From: Podarcis bocagei
Lineage: Eukaryota
DNA: 64,000 bases
Direction: 5' to 3' (one strand)
Assembly (NCBI GenBank): GCA_964188305.1
Contig: OZ076895.1
Positions 38,771 through 51,030 of the stretch are shown in pieces (within the stretch, counting starts at the first letter, position 1; every line of letters begins with the position of its first letter). Under the pieces are notes generated by a model that was not told the origin of the DNA, did not search any database, and worked only from the letters and a program-made list of their open reading frames with translations. The translations under genes were made by a program, and so were the position numbers.

Positions 38771-38966
38771 AAATAAAAAATTCCTTCCAGTAGCACCTTA
38801 AAGACCAACTAAGTTAGTTCTTGGTATGAGCTTTCATGTGCATGCACACTTCTTCAGATACACACGAAAGCTCATACCAAGAACTAACTTAGTTGGTCTT
38901 TAAGGTGCTACTGGAAGGAATTTTTTATTTTGACTATGGCAGACCAACACGGCTACCTATCTGTAA
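38771..38966. mobile_element. Penelope-like element terminal remnant (inverted pLTR arrangement)
   Basis: 73-bp inverted arms (38768-38840 / 38861-38933, one mismatch) containing gtagcaccttaaagaccaact and gaaagctcatacc motifs typical of reptile PLE ends. 13-bp direct repeat CAATAACAATTCA at 38758-38770 and 38967-38979. Confidence 0.85.
38824..38861 (-). ncRNA. Minimal type I hammerhead ribozyme motif (PLE-associated)
   Basis: Minus strand reads GUAU-CUGAAGA-A-GUGUGC AU GCACAU-GAAA-GC-UC^AUAC: core CUGANGA and GAAA, self-complementary stem II, 4-bp stem I, NUH site CUC. Activity untested. Confidence 0.65.
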
Positions 38967-41900
38967 CAATAACAATTCAGTTTGACGAAGGTCTTTTGCA
39001 CCAAAGGGTTATTATATATTATGTCACTAATTTGGGTATACATCTTGCCAATCATTTCATTCATGACAAGAATAGACCTGAAACATGTATCATTAATTTA
39101 TAACATATAATTTGTAAGATGTGTGCTTTCAGAAACCATTCAAGAAACAGACAAAAGCAGTACTGTTTGAAGCACAGACAAAAACACTCCTCAATCAAGA
39201 AGACTGAAACCAGTGAAATAGAATAGCTGTTTAAACACACGGATCCCAGCAACTGGGGCCATAGTACCCAAGTGTAAAAGATAAGGCCATGTTTCCTTAT
39301 GAAGCATAACAAACCACAGCATGTATAACCCAAAATAGCTGCTTGCTGACTGTGGTTTGGGGGATAAAATAATCAGTACAATCAGAGGCCTCTTTAGACT
39401 TATTGGACATCAGTGGAAAAATTAGAGCCGAACAAAGTGTCTTGTATGTGCGCTTAGCATTTCATTTTTATTTATAGTCTTAAAATGGGGCAATGAAAAA
39501 GGAAACGATACCATATGTGCATTATTAACATCAACATAAAACTTCACCAAAGACTACTTTTAAGTTAGGAGGGGTTGTACAAGCTCTGTCTCTGAAAAGC
39601 CACAAAACACAAGCTGGACGAAAAAGTTTTGTGTTTATTTTATTTTTGCATTACCAACATGATCGTTGTTCAGCTTACGGGTAGTGTTCTGATTTGGAGA
39701 GTTGACAGCACAACCAAGATAACAGAACCAGTATCCTTCAAGGCTCTTCTTGAAAAGAATCTTGAATAACTTAAGTTTGGTTATTTTCAAAGTATGTTTC
39801 TAACCTTCAGTCTTGCAAAGTAGTTTAAACATGTGGTGGCAAAATAGTATACCTTCAGCTACGGTTGCAATGTGAGCCTGCAGGCATACAATTCATAGCA
39901 AAGAGCAAACAAATTCACATCTGAGGTCCTGTAAAACTTGGGCTGCTGCTGAGGCTTACACACCCTGAAGGACTCCCCAGCACTGATGCCTACCCTGTCT
40001 GTTCCATCCTTTGGTGGGTGCTGCTGACTGGACACTTTCACTACCAATGGTCTGGTCCCCAGGCACCCTATTTGATGACACAGGCACTGTGCAGTGCTTT
40101 ATTTATTAAACTGTTGTGGCTTCCTAGGATTTAGAAGATTTTAAGAAAACATTCATTTGATTAATTGGCTCTCTTTAATATCATAACTAAAATAGGCAGA
40201 ACCCTGTAAAGAAGGGGTTGGAAAGGTCAGAAAAGTACCGATAGAATGGCTACTTGCATGCGATTAAGGGTGATGAGACCTCAAAGATTCTCCATCATGG
40301 TCATTTGGGTAGCAATGGTGCATTAACATGCTCTTTGCATCTCATTGGTTAGATACTTTACAATGGGACATTGAGGTCAGTCCAGTGAAATGAGAGCTTC
40401 CCTGCACTACACACTTTGTGGTCTTAGGTTGGGCTCATACTTTAAACATAGCTCCATTCTGCAATTCCGTATATAAAGTACGCTGCAGTCATGGTTATCC
40501 CAATACAATCATGTCTTCTTATTCATCTGGGTCTGGAAGCAATTAATATATCATTGTTGCAAACTGATTCATTTTATTCATTTCCCACTCAAAATGCACT
40601 GAGGTGCAGTGATTAAAGCAAATAACCTAAAGATGTAGACACAACAGCAGCTAAAGTCAATGAGGGGAAAATGACAACGTTAATAACATCAGGAGAAACA
40701 CCAACACTGTTTCAGAACTGACACAGAAGAAACTCACATGTCTTAAAGTATTAAAGCTGCTGGAATGTGGAGAATTATTAAAACTGCACCAAACACAGAA
40801 AAGCCTTTACAACTTTCATAGCTGAACTGATCAGAAGAAATAGAAAAATGACAGTTCTAACCAAACTCCAAGACTACAGTGCCAAAGAAAAGACTGCTAA
40901 CATTGCTAAACTGTGGAGACTTATCAAGAGATATTATCTAATGTCTGAGTTTTCTTTTAAGTTTCCTCAACAAATCCACTTGCCTGTAACAAAGTTCCCT
41001 ATAGAACAGGAGCTTTGGAAGGGATGAACTGGAAATTAAGAATATATGGAATTACAGGTTGAATGTATGCAGAGATAAGAAACATGAGAATCCTATTGAG
41101 ACAGCATATGAGAAACAAAGGTGTAGAATAACAGGACAAGATGCCAAAAACCATTAGAAATAAAAACAAAGAAACAGATAACATTTTTCCAATAAATAGA
41201 AAGAGGCATTAATGTCAAGTCAATTCATAACTGGGACACATTTGCCATGAAAAGCCTAAGTCACTATTTGAGCTTTCAAATGGAGCTGAAACAAAAGTGA
41301 TTTATAATGCAATCCTATACATCTCTACTCAGAATGAAGTCTAAATGAGTTCTATAGGGCTTTAGTCTGCTTCTCTGAAGTATGAACCTAGATTTCCCTG
41401 ATTGAAATCTTAGCTTAATTCTGTAAGTTCACTGGGTGGTCATTATCTTAAACTTACTTCCCCATAGGACACAACAATACAGACTTAACTCACAGGAATG
41501 TTCTAAGGACTCCAGAAATAATATGAGCAAAATGCTCCAGGCATTTAGGAAAAAGTTTTATAGAAATTCCAAATATTGCTACTATTACACAGGTCATATC
41601 TTGGCTCCCACAACAGAAAGGTCTAGACTAGTGCCCAAATTATTTCAAAATTAATTACTTTTTATTTAGCATTAGAAGTGTTTCATTGGTCTTTTCTGAC
41701 CAAGTAACTTTTCCAGTTACAAATCATTGGGGTTATGTGCAGGGCCTAACATTGGTCTTATCACCTTGTAAAATTTAGTAATATCTGTAAGATGGCTACA
41801 GTAGTGAAGCAAGTTGACAATGCTTGCTACTACAAAGCAGAGCTACTTAACATTAATGAATGTATATAAACACTGAAATAATCCCCTCATCAATCTACAC

Positions 41901-43287
41901 TGGCCCTAGTTACCGGTAGTTTCCTCTTTTGCCATGTCAAAGAACACTTGAGCACTGGGAGAGCTGTCTTTTTCTTTTGTAAAGGACATTTAAAGAACAA
42001 GACCAAAAGTATTAGCAGACAATGCAAGCATCAATTCACAGTTTTTCTCCTGGTCTTGAGAAAGTAAAATGCTATTAATGTAAGAAAGAGTGAAGAAAAT
42101 CTTATAGAAGCTGTGCACTGGAAGTGAGGGGGGCGGGGGGAGAGAATACAACCATCTTCCAGAAACATATTCTTGAATGATGAACTGCCATTTCTTCCAA
42201 GAACTCAAATTCATACACATAAATGCTCCCATTACAGCATTTATCTTCCATGAAGAAAAGAAACTGGAAAAACCTCAAACATGAAAGGAGCTATCTTCTT
42301 TGCTAGGGCTACATTTCAGGGTTTGTTTAATTGCCTGGGGAAAAACAGATGTTTATATTATATAAGATGCTTCATGGTAGGTAGGAAAAAGCAACACGAA
42401 CTCCCTGGATTCTGTTGACTGGTATATGCTTTTAAAACTTTTTAAAATTGTTCTGTACAGTTTCACGTATGAACCATACATAAACGTGACTACTCTGACT
42501 AAACCATACAATCTAGTTTCTTTTATTTTAAGATTCCAAAGCTCAATAGATACTGGCAAACTTGTTGCGCTCTTGATTTGACAAAGAATCGTAGAATTTC
42601 TCTGGACAAACTGACACTAGTAATTGGGCAACTGGGAATTTGGAAGTCCACCATCTCATCGAATTCCAAATCCACCCCTTCCCCCAAATTTATTTGGAAC
42701 TGACCAGTCTCTGCTATGGTTCTTATGAGGTGTGCTGTCCACCATGCCCTTATGCTTTGCTCAACGTACAGGATGTGGCGGGATGGGTACCTGGTGAATG
42801 CTGTAGCTGGGATTGAGGGCACAGATGCTGCAATGGCAGGATCATACAAGGAAATTAAGAATCACTGGAAATGCAGCTCCCAAGTTCATGTTTCACTGCA
42901 ATGTCCACAAATGCTGGAACCATGAGAACTACATTTCCCATGATGTCTTGCAGCCAGGACTCTGTTTTAGACAAGCATGGTTTTAACCCAGGGTGTGAAT
43001 CCCTGCCATAATATCCCTACAGTCCTCTTCATTACCTCCCATGCCACAGAGAGTAGAGCAGGAAGGAGTCTAGCATCACTCTGATATGGCCTGAGTGTCC
43101 AATCTGCTCTCAAATTAAATATGAGCTGATTCATTTTCAGATGAATTTCCGGAGCAACATTGAGTGCTTGTAAATGACATTGCTTCTAAGCAGCAATTTA
43201 GAAAACAAGAGTGGCTGCAGTTGAAAAAAATGGATACCTACTAAACTCAACCAGGAACTTTCCTGGCAAATGTCAATCTTGTTACTA

Positions 43288-43529
43288 CAGTGGTACCTCA
43301 GGTTAAGTACTTAATTCGTTCTGGAGGTCCGTACTTAACCTGAAACTGTTCTTAACCTGAAGCACCACTTTAGCTAATGGGGCCTCCAGCTGCCGCCGCA
43401 CCACCGGAGCACGATTTCTGTTCTCATCCTGAAGCAAAGTTCTTAACCTGAGGTAATATTTCTGGGTTAGTGGAGTCTGTAACCTGAACCGTATGTAACC
43501 TGAAGCGTATGTAACCCAAGGTACCACTG
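43288..43529. mobile_element. Tc1/mariner-type MITE (242 bp)
   Basis: TA|CAGTGGTACCT ... AGGTACCACTG|TA. Inverted relative of 20025-20266. Confidence 0.92.
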
Positions 43530-46010
43530 TATTAAGTATATGCAGAGGATGTACTAATATGTATTATATATTCTCAAAGCTGAATCAGTATTCTGATTGA
43601 CAGCTCCAGGCAATTATGAGAAATGCTAATTGTTTTAGAAATGTTTACATCTGTTGATCTCTTAATCCGGAACATCTATATGAAGAGCAAAAATTAAGAT
43701 TTCCAGTGCCTGCTGGTTCGCAAAAGCCACACCTTAGCCTAATCTTTAGTTAATCTTTTCATTTGGGCAAATTCTGCATATGCATGTAATTGTAGTGCCA
43801 CAGTACATTAACATGAATAAACATATTCCACACTTACTGAATCGGAATTTTTTTATCACGTTAACCTAGTTAAGACAATATAAAACAGATTGTTAACTAA
43901 GATTGCATCTTAATGTAGGGCTGAGCAAACGGCTTTCCAGTAAACATTTTCAGCATAAAACATAGAGGGAGCGTTTAGGAGAATTAAAAGGATTCCTGAA
44001 ATAGAGATGTATCTTTTTAAGGCAGGCTTACTGGTCTCACAGACCTGATCAGCTACAGCTGATATGGTGGCATACAGTAGTGACAAAGCCAGTCAGATTT
44101 GGCCACATGATATTAAGTAAAGCAAATAAAGCTAGGGGTGATAAATTCAGAAAGATGATAATTTCTATATGGGAAGTGCCACCCTTTCTCTGAACTAGCC
44201 CTCAGGAACAATGTTGATTGGCTGAGTGGTCACCTAACTGTTACTAGCACGAATGAGAGCTATTTTCCAAGCAACAAAATGGCATGACAGGTCCTATGGT
44301 GTCCACAATGAAGCAGTGCTGCTATTGCCTGATTACCATGTACAGGGAACTCTAGGCATTTGAATGTGCATCAGAGTTGCACACTTTACTTATCTCTTCA
44401 GCATTCACTTGTGCAAAAAGCTTGGTAAGAAAAGATATCTGGGAGAAATTGGGCACATTTTTCCGGAGCAGAAAACATTCATAAAATACTGATTCAGCTG
44501 AAATGCTCAAATGAGACCCCTAGACATATGTGGAAGACAATGAAATGACAACAATAAAAGCTGGCACAGAAGGCAAGAACTGTAGCCAATGAGCAGGATC
44601 AAAGGTAGAATGCTATCATATAATGTTGCTTAATCTAGATTTTAGAGAGGACCATTTTATCCATCAACAACAAACCTAAATCCCAGTGAAAATGGAAGAT
44701 TTGTTGCTGATTATTTGAACTGAGTAAGGGAAATTCAACTTTAACCTAACTTCTCAAATTACTATATATCCATCAAATGCTAATCTCATAATAACAGTAG
44801 TCAGAAGCAACCATAAATTAAAATAAAAACCTAGCATAATCTACTACTTTGTGTGGACATTTCCTGGAAGAATCCAACTCAATTTGATGACCTTTGTCCA
44901 AACTTCACCCAGGCTCAGCTTCTATTCAAGCTAGTAGTAATTTTGCTTTGTCAGAAGTTTATCCTTGGTTACCATCAACATCCCATCTAATGGCAGCAGC
45001 TTTTTTATATAAAATAAATCATACAAGGAACTAAAATGAGAATGTGACATTTTTGCAAAGCTAGAGCAAGCAGAAGAAAATTGTCCGCAACTCAGAATAC
45101 TTAAGAAGAAATTCTCTAAAAGCCAGTTTGTTATTTAGATTTACATTTATATTTAAATCCATATACAGTGGATGCGATATCAATTAACAGATTTTAAAAA
45201 TGGCGCCAACCCGGAATTAAATGTATTTGAATCAGAGATAGTTCTCACTTTATTAAACAACTAAGTCCAGATGACTAAATAATCTTAAAGCACTGTAAAT
45301 GTAGACTAAAATCCTCACAAAAAACAGGTATACAAGTCTAGGGAGAGCATCAAGGATGAAGTTCCCTTTAACTTTCTCAGTAATAATTACCTTATTACTT
45401 GCATTGTTATTAAGATGTGTATGTATCAGTTGCTTGGCTTCATTGCAATAATAAGTTTTTTTGAGAAGTATAGAAGATATTGAAAGAGTCAGGCGCACCT
45501 GGCTTTTGTGAATTACTGGCTGACCCAGTATGGGAGCAGCCTGTACCCGGTCAGCCAGCAAGGCACTGCCCACAGGCAAGGGCCTCTTATTGACCCATTA
45601 AAACTTTGCTTTATGAGAGAAGGTAATATGAAAATATTGAAAACTTTAGCTTTTGAGCCTAATGAAATATTTTTATTTTTATTATAAAGTTGAGGTTGAT
45701 TTATGGTGCTTAGATACCCATATTGCATTTACACAGGGTCATCTATTTTCAACTGCAGGTCCTTCTCACAGGTAAGTTTAAGACCTTTTAATAGACCCAC
45801 AGAAGTATCAAGAAGTTCCTTATGAATAACAGATACCAGTCTTCTGCCCAATGACCCAGAAGTAATAAAATCACTCCAAATTTAGTAAGGGGTCTAGTAG
45901 CTAGTACCTTTCAGTCAATAAATGTTGGAACTGGCAAATACACATCCAGTTAAACTCTGGCACTTCTACAGATAGCCTGACCTGCTCAGTACAAATTGGA
46001 GTATCATCGT

Positions 46011-46146
46011 CAGTGCTATTTCTCAAGAAAAATAGGTGCCAGAACTCACCATGAACACCTCCCTTGTTCTCTTATAATAGCAAAGGTGCTCACCCGAGAG
46101 GTGCTGGAACTAAAATTTGGTGAGTTCTAGCTGAATAAAAGCCTTG
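46011..46146. mobile_element. hAT-type MITE
   Basis: CAGTGCT...AGCCTTG ends and a degenerate 8-bp TSD ATCATCGT / GTCATTGT. Reverse-complement relative of 62711-62852. Confidence 0.7.
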
Positions 46147-47894
46147 GTCATTGTTATAAAAGTCATAAAACCTGAGTTGTTGAGGTGATTTGTGATACTT
46201 TGGTTGGTCATAATAAAGGTGTTGTCCAACTCTGGATTTGGGATATATATTTTTCTTATGAGCAAACACAGCTACCTTGGCTTTTCCTGAAGAAAATTCT
46301 CTGAATAGTTTCTACAGAAAAGTTTATCCACTGAACAACAGCTCAGGGGAGAAAAGACTTTCAAGTGGGAAATTCAGGTAGAGCCAAGTATAATTTACCA
46401 CTACGCTGGAATCTCACTAAAGCACCAAAGTCCTTTCCATGGGACTCAAACCGCAACACATCACAGGCAGAGGAGTTGCCGGTTAGTTTTAGTGTCGTAA
46501 GGGAAGCTGTTTCATGTTTTACACCAGAGGGAAGCACTCTGCCAAGTTTAAATTAAGAACAAAAGTCAAAGTTATATAGTGCATCAGTTTGTGGATTTGG
46601 CAACAGTGGGAAAAAAGATAGCCTCAAAGCAAACTCATACCTTTCATGGAAACCAAATATTGACCACAATTGGCACACAGAAAACTGCATGGACAAACAA
46701 AACTGCTGGAAAAACAAATCAAAATTATATAGGAAGCTGACACCCATTCTTTATAGTGGAAATGCAAAGAGAAAATGACTCATAGATTTTGTATTTTTGG
46801 ACAAGATAAGCTTGTGTGTCTGCCGGCAATGTATGATTTAATTCGCAATGAAACATGTAATAGTTCCAATATTCTTCCTCAAACTTGAACTAAGTAACCA
46901 AGCATGAGGACAATTTAAAATAATGGTTGTCATAGAACAGAAGACAATTTTAAATCACTGATCTTGTGGTACAGAAGATGACTAATTTGAATGCTAAGAA
47001 AAAGCATTTTCAACAATTAATTGCATTGAGAGATTAGAGGTCAGATATGAAAAGTATATTTCTAATTAGCTCAGAATTCATCAGATATGTGCTTATTTAA
47101 GAAATTGATTTCACACAGAATGACATTAGTATAACTTAATTTTGTCTATTATTTAATCCCCTTCCTTCACCTTCCCCATATTAAATTTATCCAATAAATA
47201 TACCACATTTAATGCTAAATGTGACAAATAATTTATCTAAGTTACAAGGTGCAAAGAACTGAACAATAAACCTATATTAACATTGGGATCATGGGGTTGT
47301 AATCCAACTAAATAACTGCATGTATGGCGCAACGTCTGCAAATGTGTGTGCAATGAAACGTCGCTTCCCTCTACTTGCCCATGCACCCCCAATCCTCCAG
47401 AGCAGATGTGGGGTGGTGCAGGGGACACACATGTGGGGCATGAGGGAAAAGAGGTTCCATTGCTGTCACAGAAGTCATTCTGCACATACATTGATTCAGC
47501 TGGATTTAAATGGTGCACTTAAATCAGACATGACCCCATTTCAGACATGCAAGATTCACATGGATTCACTCGTAATCCAGCCATGAGTGGAGTTTAATTG
47601 AAAGGGAACTATGTGAATTGTCACTCATATTTTGGGTAGATTTTAATGCCAGTACACCATACCCACCAATAAGTAGCTGTGCTGGTGTAGTTAAAAATGG
47701 ACCAAATAACTTAGGCAACCATACAGATAGTTTGTCAGATGGAACCCCGTTCCATGTGGTGGCTGCATGTATGAAACAAAACTTATATTTACAGAATTTG
47801 AATAGCATTCTACAAAAAAAAAATACTGTTAGATTTCAAAGCCACTGCAAGCATTTTTAAGCATTTCACCTTTTAAAACTAAGTTCACCCACTG

Positions 47895-47993
47895 CTTGTG
47901 GGATTACCATAGATCTCTGGTTGGCCACTGGGGGGGAAACAGGATGCTGAGCTAGACTAGCCTTTGGTTTCATCCAGCAAGACTCTTATGTTC
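47895..47993 (+). mobile_element. CR1 3'UTR fragment
   Basis: ctggttggccactg...aaacaggatgctg...catccagcaagactcttatgttc, similar to the 30572 copy. Confidence 0.6.
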
Positions 47994-50310
47994 ACAGGTT
48001 CAGCTTTTTACACACAAAATATTCCTAGGCACAGAGCACTATGAGGATTGCCTGCTGATCAGTAGAGTACAGTACAGCACTGCTGTAGTTAAGCTAACCC
48101 TGGCAAGAGAAAGGATTTGGGTGAATTCATAGCTATCTTAATCTACTTGTCGAGAAGTGTATACACTATACATGACATGTAAAGAAAAATATACCTTCAC
48201 TTCTATTGGTTTATATATATATATGAGGTTTAGGTCATACTGCTTGAAATAGCTGACATGCTATTTCTCACAGTACGTATCTAACATAACAATATAACAT
48301 TGGTTGACTTTTCTCTTTCATTCAGCAGTAAAATTAAGTACACAAGACACACATGGGCATGAGATGAAATACAGACGTACTGCAGAATCCAATAAAAATG
48401 TTTCTGACAGAAATTCTGCCACAGTATTAAACCATGTTCTAGCTGAAGTTAGAAAAATGAGTAAGGAAAGGATTGCTTTTAAGTATTTTCCCCATCCCTG
48501 GTTATAATCATTACACCCCCTGGATCAAAACTCACTTGCAATAGTCTTGTGGTGCACTGGATTTGATTCCATCAAACCTTGTATTTTGCTGATCTGCAAA
48601 AGCTTTGTATTGCACTATATATATTTAGCCAGGTTCTCTACAATATATTTGCCCCTGAACAAGGGCTGCAGCTAAAATACACTTGAGATTGTTATTCATT
48701 TTATTACTTGTTTTATTTAGCAAATTTATATACCGCTTAATCAAAACTATTTCTTTCTCTCAACCAACATAACATAAGAAAGCTACATAAATACGTTTAT
48801 TGCTGGCTAGCCAGTGAGATGTTTTCACCAGATCATTTGCAGTTTTACCAACAGTTTTCACTGCCAGCTTGTGTGCAGCTGGATTGGGGAGTCATTTGGG
48901 CATGGAGAAGAATTTAGCTTCAGCTTCAAGGAGAAGCAGCTGACTGCTAGCATAGGGTTCACTGAAGTGGAGTTGAACCCAAAGGAGGAGACACCAGATT
49001 TTGCCCTGCAAGTCTTTGGCAACAGAAGGTTTTGAGACTGGATCAGAAACAGGGAAGCAAGCACCTGACAAACTCATTTTTGGCCAAAGCATATAGGGCA
49101 TATTGCAAACATGTGAGATATTTCTTTTTCTTTGCACTTTACTCTTGGATGCTTCCTGTTTTTGGTGTGTTTTTTCTTTTTGAAGAATGCCCAAGCCCAT
49201 CAGGTGATGTCTCTTTGACCATGCACTGATAACCTATGGTCAAGATAACAGAAGGTGAGGAAAAAGGAGGCTTTGTAGAGTTTTCACCAATAGATGCATG
49301 CTGAAATGACATCTGAAATTCAATAACACAGTTCAGAGGTGCAGTTCTCTCCACCAAGTATATGTGCCTCAGTGTATATCCTGCCTCAGTGACTGTAATC
49401 ACAGTGCAAAAACTGGAGTATTTTCTAAAGCAATAATAATACAGTTGATCTTGTGGAAGACCTCTTTAACATAATTTCAGTTTTTCATAATGTCAGTATT
49501 TAATTGCTGTGGTGTATTCTTTGGGGTGGGGTGTGTGAGTACGGTTGTTCTGCTAATAGTCATATGGCTTATGACATGGGCCCACAAATTTGGCCCACAA
49601 AGGGTGTGGGAGAGAAGAATCTGGCCTGCCGGACAACTCAGCTTCCCCACCCACTGGTTTATGGGTTATTCTTGTTTAGTTATTTTTTTACAGTGCTACA
49701 AGCTCCAAAACAAATAGCAGATCAATTTAGCTAACACTGCTCTTGGGGAAGACCACAGTATTTTTTGTTTTGTTTTTAAAATACTTTATACACTTGCAAT
49801 AGCTGAACTTTGTTTGGAACAATTATTGCCGTCTTCCGGCACTAATCCAACAAGTGCAACCAGCAAATAAGGACATTGACTATCTTTTTGTTGTTCCGAT
49901 CAGCCTGCACAGACTACATTGCTATCCTGTCAGCCTTTATGGAGCCTCCCTAACTGCAGGAATATTTCCAGGCAGACCCACCATTAAGAGCTTTTCTGGG
50001 CAACAGAAGAAGTTGCTTCTTTCAATCTCCTTTGAAATGTCATGGCTCTGTGACAGCCTTGATGTCTACCAGATGGAGTCAGATGATTTGTCTCATTCAA
50101 ATACATACACAAGGACAATGTTTGATTAAATCAATCCTTTTCCCTGGAAAATGTCAGAATTAATGCCTTGTTTACGTTTATATAAAATTACACACTCCAA
50201 AGAGAAACTGAAGAGTGTGTGTGAAGTCTAGATGTCTCCCTTATGATATAACATCCACTTCAAATGTAGGGTGCCAGACTGTAACAAGCTTTACAGTGCA
50301 ATCCCATACA

Positions 50311-50450
50311 TCAGGTGTGGGGAACCTTCAGCTCTCCAGATGTTGCTGAACTGCAACTCCCATCATCCCTGGCCATTGGCCATGCTTGCTGGGGCTCAAG
50401 GAGGGGTTGTACTTCAGCCACATCTGCATGGCAAAAGGTTCCCCACACCC
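50311..50450. mobile_element. Degraded palindromic MITE, related to 25094-25231
   Basis: gtggggaaccttc...cagatgttgctgaactgcaactccc / ...catctg...aggttccccac inverted arms. Confidence 0.65.
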
Positions 50451-50469
50451 ACCATATATCTCTACTGAG

Positions 50470-51030
50470 AATAATAATAATAGTAATTTTTATTTATACC
50501 CCGCCGTCCCTGGCCAAGACCGGGGTCAGGGCGGCTATATAATACATTAAAAACATAGAATCAAATAATCAATTAAAATACAGCTTAAAATCAAGCTTAG
50601 GTCAGAGTAAAATCAGATGGCAACCCACAATATTATAAGGGTGGGGAACATTAAGTCCTCACCAGGCCCAACTATTTGTGCTGGCCTTATATGGGCCAGT
50701 GGGAAGAGTTTGGGGCGCCACTTACATGCAGGATTTTATAAAAGGATCTTATAAAAGGAGGGGGTTCAGACTGGGCCCCGAACAAAGGCATGGCGGAACA
50801 GCTTACAGGCCCTGTGGAAAGATGTCAAATCACGCAAGGCCCTGGGGCCAGTGCTGAAAAGGCCCTGGACCTGGTTGAGGCCAGTCTAACCTCCTTGAGG
50901 CCCGGGAGCTCCAAGGTGTTATTGTTTACGAACCATAAGGTCCTCCGTGGGGCATACCAGGAGAGGCGGTTCCATAAGTACAAGGGTCCTAGGCCATATA
51001 GGGTTTTAAAGGTTAAAACCAGCACCTTAA
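50470..51030 (-). mobile_element. L2 LINE 3' fragment
   Basis: LKVLVLTFKTLYGLGPLYLWNRLSWYAPRRTL...EVRLASTRSRAFSALAP (L2 ORF2 C-terminus), with a simple-repeat tail near 50470. Confidence 0.82.

Noticed and set aside
42523-42849. 108-aa minus-strand ORF with protein-like composition
   Set aside because: Starts at TTG, resembles no family I recognise, has no convincing flanking donor, and sits next to MITE-like sequence. An open frame of this length is expected by chance in 64 kb; tBLASTn would settle it.
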